From: Octopus sinensis
Lineage: Eukaryota
Assembly (NCBI RefSeq): GCF_006345805.1
Contig: NC_043013.1
Coordinates: 45,384,001-45,448,000 of the forward strand
Direction of reading: 5' to 3'
Length of the DNA: 64,000 bases
Under the pieces are notes generated by a model that did no database searches, was not told where the DNA came from, and saw only the letters and a list, made by a program, of their open reading frames with translations. Numbering within the stretch: the stretch's first letter is position 1; each line of letters starts with the position of its first letter. Both the position numbers and the translations under genes were made by a program. This document shows, in pieces, positions 37,039 through 48,964 of this stretch.

Positions 37039-37666
37039 TACTAAGCTTCATACTCCTTATGTGTGCTTCTTTATTTTAGACACACATTTGGAATGCAAAA
37101 TGTTTCCTTCTATGCACTTTCCTTGTGCCTGATTAAATTTCATACAAATATCAAAACACCTTTTGTTTTTTCATTAGAATAATAAAGACAATATAATGAT
37201 TTCTCACACAGTCATGAAACCTGGAGAAATAAATTACATTACAAAATTTGTCACCAAATTGTCTGAACGAAAAGAAAACCGAAAAGAACGGGCTACTGTA
37301 TTTACTTTTACACGCACACGTACGCATGTGCAAGACTTAGACTCATGCTAAACACACAAACACACAATAGTTAACGTACACACAAAAACATACGAAATGA
37401 AGCACATACGTACATTGTTTGTTTTCTCCTTGGCGGAAGAAAGAGGGGGGTGTGAGTACACATACATGAATACGCATATTAAACAATGTATATTCTGTAT
37501 AATACACATACGCGCACAAACAGGCATCAAAGGATGTATTTGTATTTCGGTTGGAAGGATCGTTGTATGGATGTATTTGTGTATATATGTAAATGCGTGT
37601 GTGTGATGTATATGTAAACGTGTATATACGTGTATATACGTATATTCATAAATACACACACACACT

Positions 37667-37697
<31 letters not shown>

Positions 37698-37944
37698 CCA
37701 CACAAACACATACACAAATATATTTGTGCGTAAGTGTGTATACGCATGTATGTGCGTAGGATGTTAATGTCTTAAACATTTAGACGTAGGACTGGCTGTG
37801 TGGTAAGTAGCTTGCTTACCAACCACATGGTTCTGGGTTCATTCCCACTGCGTGGCACCTTGGGCAAATGTCTTCTACTATAACCTCGGGCCGACCAAAG
37901 CCTTGTCAGTGGATTTGGTAGATGGAAACATATACACATACGCG

Positions 37945-37976
<32 letters not shown>

Positions 37977-38932
37977 CCAAATCCACTCACAACGCATTGG
38001 TCGGCCCGAGGTTATAGTAGAAGACACTTGTCCAAGGTGCCACGCGGTGGGAATGAACCCAGAACCATGTGGCTGGTAAGCAAGCTTCTTACCACACAGC
38101 CACTCCTACGCCTAAGAATTTATTCCTAAGAATAAATAGATAAATTTGAATATATTTAACCAAAGAATATAGAGTAAATATATATTGAATATTTCACTTC
38201 AATAGCATTTAACAAGTTTCACTTGCACGGAATTCCTAAGTCTATTTTGTACTTTCCCAGATTATTTTGAATTCATTATTAGTCCTACTGATACTCGTAT
38301 ATGTACCTAAAACGAAAGACAGCCCCTAAATTTCAGGTTTTCAATGAAATATTTCATACACTCCTTCATTGATGATTATTCGTTTATTCTTTTAGCTTTT
38401 ATTGAGAGAGAATAATGAGTGCTGGTTTAAGCACAAGACAGGCTTTTTTGGGGGGGGGTAGTCAATAGCATCAACCTATGCACTTCATTGGCCCTTTTTT
38501 GTTGGCCCCGAAAGAATCAAGGGCAATGTTGACCTCTGTAGGATTTGAAATCAAAATTTTAAAGTGCCGGAGGCTATACCAATACTATTTCAATATATTT
38601 CAAATTTTAAAAAATTCTGTATGCATGCATCTCTTAACAAATACCAGCCTATTTTTCTTTAGATAGGTGTGAATAGATGGGTGCGTTCGTGTGGCTGTGT
38701 ATATGTGTGTATGTGTGCGTATATGCACACACATACATACCATGATTGACCGCTAACTCCAAAAGTTTTTTTTTATTCTCTCTCTCTTTATTTCTTCGTG
38801 TTCCTTTCTGTTGAAGAGCGTAGGCTCGAAATGTAAAAGACTTTTTCACCTTCCCGAGCGTCAAACTAATACACCTGTTTATTGTTTATACACCTGTCTT
38901 CGTCTTTGTTTTCTGTAAATTTCCACAATATA

Positions 38933-38975
<43 letters not shown>

Positions 38976-39082
38976 CACACATTCAACATCCTACATTATG
39001 CATACATATTGTGTGTGTGTGTGTGTGTATGTATGCACAAACATGATTGTGTGTATGTCCGCCACGTGCTCCCCCCCACACC

Positions 39083-39250
39083 AGAAGAAGAAGAAGAAGA
39101 AGAAGAAGAAGAAGAAGAAGAAGAAGAAGAAGAAAAAAGAAGAAGAAGAAGAAGAAGAAGAAGAAGAGAAGAAGAAGAAGAAGAAGAAGAAGAAGAAGAA
39201 GAAGAAGAAGAAGAAGGAGAAGGAGAAGGAGGAGAAGAAGAAGAAGAAAT
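39083..39250. repeat. (AAG)n microsatellite
   Basis: Direct reading of the sequence. Source of the poly-K/E/R ORFs. Confidence 0.97.
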
Positions 39251-41667
39251 TAAATGAGAGCACAGTTTTGATTTCTGATATGGGTTTCAAGAAACTTTAC
39301 CGTTGATCGACAATCAAATCCAGTATCAGAGAAATCGCACCACCGCCCCTGCCAACACCACCACAACCCTCGTCAGACCAACCAATTGGCGTTCGTCGTT
39401 CGTTTCTCTTAGATTATTAAAGATACCAACCAATTATTCTCTTTGGCAGAATTAATGAACGTCGTTGTTTGGAGACTTCTACCTTCTGTCTTCCAAACGA
39501 TTTCCAAACTAACAATGAAATCTCCGGTTATCAGCAATGGCCAGTATATGTTTATAGCTGTTCTAATTGATCGAATCAAATTAAGACTTTAAATTACATC
39601 GCACGAATATGGAAGCAATTACATTAAATAACAAGCAACAACAACAACAACAACAATAATAATAATAATAACAACAAATAAATAAACAATGCAATACAAT
39701 ATAATAAATATTTCTCTTCAAGCAATGGCTCATACCTGTCATAATATACCAGAGTCAAAAAATGCCGAGGAAACTACTGACCATTACGGGTAATATTGAT
39801 TTCAAATTTTGGCCAGAGGCCAGCAGGTTTGAGGTAGTAGCTAAGTCGATTGAATCGATCCCAGTATTCAACTGGTACTTATTTGAAAGGCAAAATCGAC
39901 CTCAGCGGAATTTGAGCCTAGAACGAAAAGACCGACGAAATACCTATTTCTTTACTACCCACAAAGGTCTAAACACAGAGAGGACAAACAAGGACAGACA
40001 AACGGATTAAGTCGATTATATCGATTTCAGTGCGTAACTGGTACTTAATTTATCGACTCCGAAAGGATGAAAGGCAAAATCGATCTCGGCGGAATTTGAA
40101 CTCAGAACGTAACGGCAGACGAAATACCGCTAAGCATTTTGTCCGACATGATAACGATTCTTATTTCTTTATTGCCCACAAGGCGCTAAACATAGAGGGG
40201 ACAAACAAGGTCAGACAAGGGGATTACATCGACCCCAGTGCGAAAGGATGAAAGGCAAAGTCGACCTCGGCGGAATTTGAACTCAGAACGTAGCGGCAGA
40301 CGAAATACCTATTTCTTTACTACCCACAAGGGGCTAAACACAGAGAGGACAAACAAAGACAGACAAACGGATTAAGTCGATTACATCGACTCCAGTGCGT
40401 AACTGGTACTTAATTTATCGACCCCGAAAGGATGAAAGGCAAAGTCGACCTCGGCGGAATTTGAACTCAGAACGTAACGGCAGACGAAATACCGCTAAGC
40501 ATTTCGACTCTGGTGCTTCGCGACTCTGCCGGCTCGCCACCTTAATCGCGGGTAACGTTGGTTTCAAAATTTGGCACAAGGCCATCATTTTTTTTTTTTT
40601 TGTGGGGTAAGTCGTTTACATCAACCTCAGTGCTCAACTGGTACTTATTATCGACCCCGAAAGGATGAAAGGAATTTGAACTCGGACGAAATGCCTCTAA
40701 GCATTTTGCCCAGCGTGCTAACGGTTCCGCCAGCTCGCGACCTTAATCACGAGACGTATTATCAAACAATTATTGCTAACTTATGTGAAGGCGTATGGCC
40801 TAGTGGTCAGGGTGTTGCACATAAGATTGTGGTTTCGATTCCCGGATTGAGCCATGCGTTGTATTCTTGAGCAAAACACTTCATCACATGTTGCTTTGTG
40901 ATCCCTTCGACGCCTTATGTGAGGCACATTGTACGCCTGTGTTGGCAATGTCGATCTGAGGGAATGAAATTATGTGCAGCACAAACATTTGACTGCTGTA
41001 AACAAAACATCGTGGAGGCACATGGCCTTGTGGTTAGAGCAGCGGACTCGCGGTCGAGGGATCGCGGGTTCGAATCTCAGACTGGGCAATGTGTGTGTTT
41101 ATGAGCGAAACACCTAAGCTCCACGCGACTCCGGCAGAAGGCACTGGTGCACTTCTGCTGACTCTTTCGCTACAACTTTCTCTCAGTTTTTCCTCTTGCT
41201 TCTTGCAGCTCACCTGCAACGAACCGGCGTCCCGTCCAGGTGGGGAACCTATACGCCAAGGAAACCGGGAAACCGGCCCTTATGAGCCAGGTGTGGCTCG
41301 AGAAGGAACAAACAAACAAAACATCGTAGGCTGTTCAGCAAGACGTTGCCGCCGAAAGCTGGCAGAATCATTGTCGACGGGCAAAATTCTTAGTGGCATT
41401 TCATCCGTCCTCACGTTCTGATCTCGAGTTTGCCTTCCATTCTTTTGGGATCGATAAAATAAATACCAGTTGAGCACCGAAGTCAATGTAATCGACTTAC
41501 CCTCTCCCCAGATCTTGCTGGTCCTGTGCCGCAATTAGAAACCAATACTATCAGCCGGCTATTATTAATTAAAAGGAGCCGTAAACACAATAAGCAGTTT
41601 CCACTAGCCTTATTTCTATCTTAAAATTACTCAGGCTACGCGCGCGCACACACACACTGACACACAT

Positions 41668-42554
41668 GTAATGTTCGTCCTTCGGGTTCGAAGATGACCA
41701 TTGACATCATTTGGTGGAATTGCTGCTATGAGACCGGAGGTGGCTGGTGAGACCTATCCGGGCAAGAAAGCCCCTCCCACAGGTGGGCAGAAGTGGGTAG
41801 GGGCTGTGCTATTGGTGCAGGTGGCTCTGGCTTTCCGCATCTGGCGTTTCTGTTCTGCTGACTGAATCTGTCTCTCCTCGGCTGTCTTTGCTCCTGTGGT
41901 GATTGCGCTGCGCCAGGATGAGCGGTCGGCAGCAAGTGTCTCCCAAGTCTCTGTGCAGATGGTGAAGTCCTTGAGAGAGACTTTGAGACTATCCTTGAAG
42001 CGCTTCTTTTGCCCTCTGACTTTGCGTTTGCCCTGGCTGAGTTCACCGTAGAAGAGCTGTTTGGGGATGCGAGTGTCGGACATGCGGGAGACGTGGCCTG
42101 TCCATCTCAGCTGGGCCTTGCGCATGATCGTGATGGTGCTAGGGAGATCTGCCTGCTTCAGAACCTCCGTGTCTGGGACTTTGTCCTGCCAGCGGATGTG
42201 AAGGAGGTTCCGAAGACACCTGAGGTGGAAGTGGTTTATATGGCGCTCGTGCTTTCGGTAAGCAGTCCACGTCTCGCAGCCGTATAGTAGGGTGGTAAGC
42301 ACGACTGCCCGGTAGACTTTCAGCTTGGTGTTGAGGCTGTTTCTTCTCCGCTCCCAGACTTTCTTTCGCAGTCTCCCAAACGCGCTGCTTGCCTTGGAGA
42401 TTCTGTTGATGATTTCAGCATCTATGTTGGCATTGCAGGAGAGAGTGCTGCCCAGGTAGGTGAAGTTTTTCACCGCTCGTAGGATCCGTCCGTTTACCTT
42501 TATCTGAGGCTCATGGTATTGTTTGCCGGGGGCTGGCTGAAACATCACTTCGGT
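41668..42554 (-). mobile_element. 5'-truncated RTE-clade LINE (C-terminal RT region and 3'UTR)
   Basis: Open frame TEVMFQP...VKNFTYLGSTLS...RISKASSAFGRLRKKVW...LLYGCETW...QLRWTGHVSRM..RIPKQLFYGEL..GKRKVRGQKKRFKDSLK. A 1-nt frameshift falls in the terminal C2H2 finger (restores CPxCGRGFLARIGLTSHLRSH). 10-bp TSD TGACACACAT at 41658-41667 and 42555-42564. Confidence 0.95.
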
Positions 42555-43519
42555 TGACACACATACACACATACACACACTCACACACATGCGCATATAC
42601 ACACACGCACACATACATACGTACATACGTTGTATATATTTCGTATGTGGTGGCATATAAGCCGATGTGGCGTATAAGCCGAGGTGAAATCTTTAGGCTG
42701 AAAATGTTAGTTTTTGATATTGCTGGCATATAAGGCGGCGAGCTGGCAGAATCGTTAGAGCTCCCGACAAAATCCTTAGCGGCCATCTCATCCGTCTTTA
42801 CATTCTAAGTTCAAATTCTGCCGAGATCAACTTTACTTTTCATCCTTTCGGTGTCGATAAAATAAGTACCAGATTACCGAATGTAATCGACTAGCCCCCT
42901 CCCCCTGAATTGCTGGCCTCGTACTAAAGTTTGAAACCAATACTACTGTCATATAAGCCGAAGGCATTGTATAGCAATAACTGATCGATCTCAAGAATAT
43001 GAACGAAGTTACAGTGAAGTGTAAATGTACTAAAGCAGAATATTATAGATTCATGAAATTATGATGCGAAAACTATTGGAGCGACCTTCGACTAAGTGAA
43101 CTTGGTGCTGCAGGTAATTATTATATTGATGAATTATGCAATTCTGAAGATGACTTGGTTAGTACAAGTGACAGACATATTGTTCAACAATAACAGTGAT
43201 TGTGAGCTGGACTTCGAATCGGCGAGGATTGCATGGATGGATCAAAACTTAAGACTGTACTATGTATTGGTAAATAAAACTGAGATTTGTAAATTTAAGT
43301 TATCAAGTCTGAACTTATTTTAAATAAACAGAACTACTTGTCAGAGATCGCTTTCGTTTGCTTTGTTCAGATTCGGTTTCGAATCTCAACTAAGCAGAGG
43401 AAAGCGCTCACACATTACATACTGAGATGCTACAGCATTAGTACCAAGGGACGACAATTTTTTAGTAATTATTTAAGTGTCAATGCATTTTGGTTGTTTA
43501 CCGAAGGTTTATTATATCT

Positions 43520-43815
43520 GGAGGCGCAATGGCCCAGTGGTTAGGGAAGCGGACTCGCGGTCGGAGGTTCGCGGTTTCGATTCCCAGACCGGACGTTGTC
43601 CGTGTTTATTGAGCGAAAACACCTAAAAGCTCTACGAGGCTCCGGCACGGGGTGGTGGTGACCCCTGTTGTACTCTTTCGCCCCAACTTTCTCTCACTGT
43701 TTCTTCAGTAACGCTGCGATGGACTGGCATCCTGTCCAGCTAGGGGAGAATACATACACCACAGAAACCGGGAAACCGGGCCCATGAGCCTGGCTAGGCT
43801 TGAAAAAGGGCAACA
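43520..43815 (+). mobile_element. Chimeric SINE (family D-like head and middle, family E tail)
   Basis: 5' 180 bp align to family D. The part from GTAACGCTGCGATGGACTGG onward aligns to family E. Confidence 0.75.
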
Positions 43816-44300
43816 GAGAGAGAGGTTTATTATATATCTTTTATTTTTTGTTTCGGTTATTAAACTGTGGCCATGCTGGGGTACCGCCTTGAAGAATTTT
43901 TAGTCGCATATATCGACTCCACTACTTATTATTTTTTTAAGGCTTGATACTTATTTTATCAGTCTCTTTTCCCGAAGCGCTAAGTTACTGGATGTAAGCA
44001 GTCAAGCAGTTGTAGGCGGACACCACAAACTCTTTCTCTCTCTCACTCTCTCTCACGCACACACATATGACGAGCTTCTTTCAGTTTCCGTCTATCAAAT
44101 CCACTCATAAAGCTTTGGTGGGTCCGAAGCTATAGTAGAAGGCACTTGCCGAAGGTGTCATGCAGTAGGACTGAACCCAGAAGCATGTGATTGAGAAGCA
44201 AGGTTCTTACCACACAGCCGCACCTATAAATAAATAAAATAAATAAATATATATATATATATATTATATATATATATATATTATATATATATATATATAG

Positions 44301-44378
<78 letters not shown>

Positions 44379-44382
<4 letters not shown>

Positions 44383-44761
44383 AAAAGAAGGGTAAATATG
44401 CCGCTTGCTAAAGAACTAAAGCGAAAGCTTAATAAAACCCACCACTTCTACGATAAATACACACCCGAGCGATGTAATGAATATTTTCAAAAATAGGCCT
44501 ACCTTCAGGATGGAATTGCAAGGTAGTCTAATACACACCCCAACTGAGGATTGCAAAGTATGTCTCTTATGCACAGCACGAAATCAATTGATATTGGGGT
44601 GTGTATTAGACTACCTTAAAATTCCATCCTGAAGGTAGGCCAATTTTTGAAGATATTCATTACATTGCTCGTGTGAATATTTATCGTAGAATTGGTGGGG
44701 TTTTTTTTTAAGCTTTCGCTTTAATTCTTTAGCAAGTAGAATCTTTAGCCTTCTTTTCTTT
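44379..44761. repeat. ~380-bp foldback with ~165-bp arms and a 50-bp spacer
   Basis: 44379-44543 is the reverse complement of 44594-44761, roughly 85% identical by eye and perfect near the apex. Confidence 0.93.
44540..44597 (+). ncRNA. Type I hammerhead ribozyme motif at the apex of the foldback
   Basis: CCAA / CTGAGGA (44544-44550) / t-TGC...GCA-c / GAAA-T-CAATTG-A-T-A / TTGG. Stem III is the 10-nt palindrome ATCAATTGAT. AUA triplet, predicted cut after A44593. Confidence 0.72.
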
Positions 44762-44867
44762 AAATATTTTATACCTGTTTAGGTAGAAGTCTTGCTAGCC
44801 ACACCATTATTACGTATTTACTTATATATATATATATATACAAAGAGAGAGAGAGGGGGGGGGAATA

Positions 44868-45149
44868 AATAAATGGAGTTAAGCGCGGGTGTTATTCAAA
44901 TTCTTTTACTTCTGACATATGTTTTGAAGACAACATTGGTATTATTCCAGAAGGAATAAAATGACTGCGCAGTCATCACATTCGGTTAAAATGTCTGATT
45001 GATGTGTTTGGTTTTTTTTCTTTCCCTGATGAGAAGATTGCATTGTTTTACACCATTTTATTCCTTCTGGAATAATACCAATGTTGTCTTCGAAACATAT
45101 GTCGGAAGTAAAAGAATTTGAATAACACCCGCGTTTAACTCCATTTATT
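44868..45149. repeat. ~280-bp foldback with ~96-bp arms
   Basis: 44868-44963 is the reverse complement of 45054-45149. Confidence 0.93.
45021..45108 (+). ncRNA. Type I hammerhead ribozyme, fully canonical core, extended stem II
   Basis: TTCC / CTGATGA (45026-45032) / GAAGA...TCTTC (with inner CATTG/CAATG and TATTCC-TTCT-GGAATA) / GAAAC-ATAT-GTC / GGAA. G10.1-C11.1 pair, GUC triplet, predicted cut after C45103. Confidence 0.85.
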
Positions 45150-45325
45150 ATACATCTATATTATTTATTATATATCTATATTATACAAACCGTTTCACCT
45201 AAACCTGGAGTTTCTACCTTTATAAATAGGCTGTTACATCCTTGTTACTTGTGCGAATTTTTGCTACTCTGGTAAATGTTTGTTTATTTTTCCGTGTTAT
45301 TTGTAAACCCTGGAAAACACACACA

Positions 45326-45388
<63 letters not shown>

Positions 45389-45763
45389 TCCAAATTTTAT
45401 TATACCGTTGTTTGCTGTCGTTCGAAGATGATCTTCGAACGGCAGCAAACAACGGACTCTGAAGAAGCTGCATCGATAATTAACACCAACATTCTCTGAG
45501 AATAGTCAGCATTGAGAACCGACCTAAAAGTTAATACGGTAACTGCCAGGATTATATATTTATATATCCCTTGAAACTATTTTTGGATATATATATATTT
45601 GAAAACTCCACTAGAATGGACGAAAGCGCTAATATATGATATCTGATATATGATGTATAAAAACATGTAATATACAAATAAATATCTGTAAATATAAAAC
45701 CATCCGAATTTCTGAGTACCTCATTTCTTCTAATATAAAATACATGTACATCATCTCCAAACC

Positions 45764-45875
<112 letters not shown>

Positions 45876-46226
45876 CGCGCATGTATGTTGTCTGGCATAT
45901 GTGTAATGTCTTAAGAAACAAAATAGAGAAAACAACAGATTTTAAAAATGATTTTCTATTTATTTGATTTAACAACATTGAAAGGCGTGTTGCTGATATC
46001 TGCGATCTTTTGAATGGTAACATTCTCGTCGCTCCAATTACTTGATTATTGATTTTCCTATATACGATGGCCACCGAGTAATTTTCTTTGACTTAAAAAT
46101 ACATCTTAAAAGATCCACGAGAACAATTCACGAGCGGCCGACAAATAAGCCGAAGCAGCTTTTCCTAGGTTAAAATCTGAGACCAAATTTTCAGCTTATA
46201 TGCCGCATATACAATATATATTATAT

Positions 46227-46269
<43 letters not shown>

Positions 46270-46459
46270 CTTTTGTTCCTCTTTTTCTCTCTCTTCTCTT
46301 CTCACGTGATCGATAGGCCAGACTGCTAGCCCTTTTGCGTCTGACCGTGGTCACTGCCACATCGATATTCTTCCCTCTGCCATAAGGCTTCATTTCCATA
46401 CACGCCAGCTGAATTCAATTCGTCCCAAGTCGAAAGACGCCTGTTGTTATGGCCTGTTA

Positions 46460-46461
46460 TC

Positions 46462-46533
<72 letters not shown>

Positions 46534-46565
46534 GTTGTTGTTGTTGTTATTATTATTATTATTAT
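46460..46565. repeat. (ATT)n/(GTT)n microsatellite
   Basis: Direct reading of the sequence. Confidence 0.97.
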
Positions 46566-47044
46566 TGTATTTTTGTATTTATATTCGTGTAACATCGTCT
46601 GTTTTTCCATCCTTGTTTCGTATACATTCGATGCTTTTTTCCAAGGAATCTAATGCTCTTAGCTTAGTTTTTCCTTGGGGCTGGCCACATTGGTGCAATC
46701 TCAAGATTAATCAGCCGAAATTGCGAGGATGATCTAGTTCTTGACTGAGGATAGAAAGCTTCGAATGACCCGTCCTTGTTTTTTTTTCAAACTATGAAAA
46801 GATTCAAAGAAGCAACGAAAATTTTGGGAAAATATAAGTAAGAAATAAGTGGAAATTTTACCGGTGAGTGTGTTAAATTATAAGGCACAAAAAGAAAATG
46901 ATTCTGCCCAGATACACAGAATTTAAATATTATAAAGCTATGTAGGCCTATAGGCCGACTAACGACCAGTCAGTCGAAACCAATTGTTGTCATAAGCGAC
47001 GACGATCTGTATAAATGTATATACATACATACATACATACATAT

Positions 47045-47102
<58 letters not shown>

Positions 47103-47124
47103 ATATATATATATATATATATAT

Positions 47125-47515
47125 CAACAATTGAGGGTAAAATTAATTAATTAAAGGTAAAATTGAGCATTTTGAATTTGTTAGCACTGGCAGTTTGAGC
47201 TGGTTCATCTGAGGTGATAAGTTCGCCGAGAGGTAAAGTTCTTTCCTTTTAGTGTTTCCAAATCCAAATTAAGAAATTTTGAGCTGACGAAAGAAATGCT
47301 GATTTTATTTGGCTAATCTAGAAACGTTGACGTTCTCAAACGATCTTTGTACTTGTGATATTTTTCTGTATTTACCTCCATACCTTCGTGAGTTATCTTG
47401 AGTAAGCATTATCTGAGAGAAATTTTCTTTAAGTAGTAGAAATGGCTAAAAAAATTTTTTTTGGCTGCTATTTCTATTAAGTTCAGTATGTGGCAAAGTA
47501 ATTTATTTTACTAAG
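47125..47515 (-). mobile_element. Possible PLE 5' region / N-terminal ORF remnant
   Basis: (TA)n on both sides. Its start resembles the sequence just downstream of the 8585 hammerhead. Broken frame ...VQRSFENVNVSRLAK*...GNTKRKELYLSANLSPQMNQLKLPVLTNSKCSILPLIN*. Confidence 0.35.
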
Positions 47516-47520
47516 CCCTA

Positions 47521-47589
<69 letters not shown>

Positions 47590-48933
47590 CGTATGTATGT
47601 ATATGCGTGTGTGTTTGTCTTTGTGTCAGTTCCCCATCTGTCTCTTGACAACCGGTGTTGGTTTGTTTATGAATCTGTAACATAGTGGTTTGGTAAAAGT
47701 GACCGATAGAATGAGTATTCACCTAAAGAAAAATCTTGGGGCCGATTTGTTCGGCTAAAACACTTCAAGTTCCCCGGCATGATCGCAGTCCAATGACTGA
47801 AACACAAAGATAAGAAATAAAGACACACACACACACTATCTCTCTCTCACTCTCTCTCACACACACGCATCCACACCCAGAATATTAAGCAAAAGCTGTG
47901 ATGCATCAAACTGGAAAACTTCTTGTAGAGTGGTAAAACCTTGGCGGGAGTAAAAGTGACAGAATGAATCTTTGTAAAGGATCCTAGGTGTACATGCGAA
48001 CATGTGAGTGTGTGTGTGTCATGGATACTTGGTGGACACAAAAATTTCAGGCGAGGGGGATAAGTCAACTTGTACTTATTTTGTCAACCCCAAAAGCATG
48101 GAAGGCAACGTCGTCCTCTGTTAAATTTGAACTCCGAACGTAAAGACGGACGAAAGGCCGCTAAGCATGTTGTCCGGCGTACTAACAATTCTGCCAGCTC
48201 ACCGCCTTAGAATTAATGATAATACTCTTTTACTCTTTTACTTGTTTGAGTTATTTGACTGTGGCCATGCTGGAGCACCGCCTTTAGTCGAGCAAATCGA
48301 CTCCAGGACTTATTCTTTGTAAGCCGAGTACTTATTCTATCGGTCTCTTTTACCGAACCGCTAAATTACGTTGATGTAAACACACCAGCATCGATTGTCA
48401 AGCGATGTTGGGGAGACAAACACAGACACGCAAACATATATATACACACACACACACATACATATATATATATACGACAGGCTTCTTTCAGTTTCCGTCT
48501 ACCAAATCCACTCACAAACCTTTGGTTGGCCTGAGGCTATAGTAGAAGACACTTGCCCAAGGTGCCATGCAGTGGGACTGAACCCGGAACCATGTGGCTG
48601 GTAAGAAAGCTACTTACCACACAGCCACTCCTGCGCCTAATAAGTGAAGTATTTTGAAAACAGAAAAACCTTTTCTGAAGAAATAGAAATTAAATGCAAG
48701 AGTAAAATTTTAATTTAGATTTTATAATTTTACTGATATAGTTGTTTCAGCCACAGGTTGCGGCCATGCTGGATCACCACCTTTAAATATATATTCGTGT
48801 TCATTGAGTCCTGCCGTTCGGATCAGTTTCTGCGGATAGATTTGCTCTTCATCGACAAACGAACCAAAGAACCGAGTAATTCCTTACTTTCTCTCTCTCT
48901 ACACCCTTTCTCTCTTCCCCTCTCCCTACCCCA

Positions 48934-48964
<31 letters not shown>

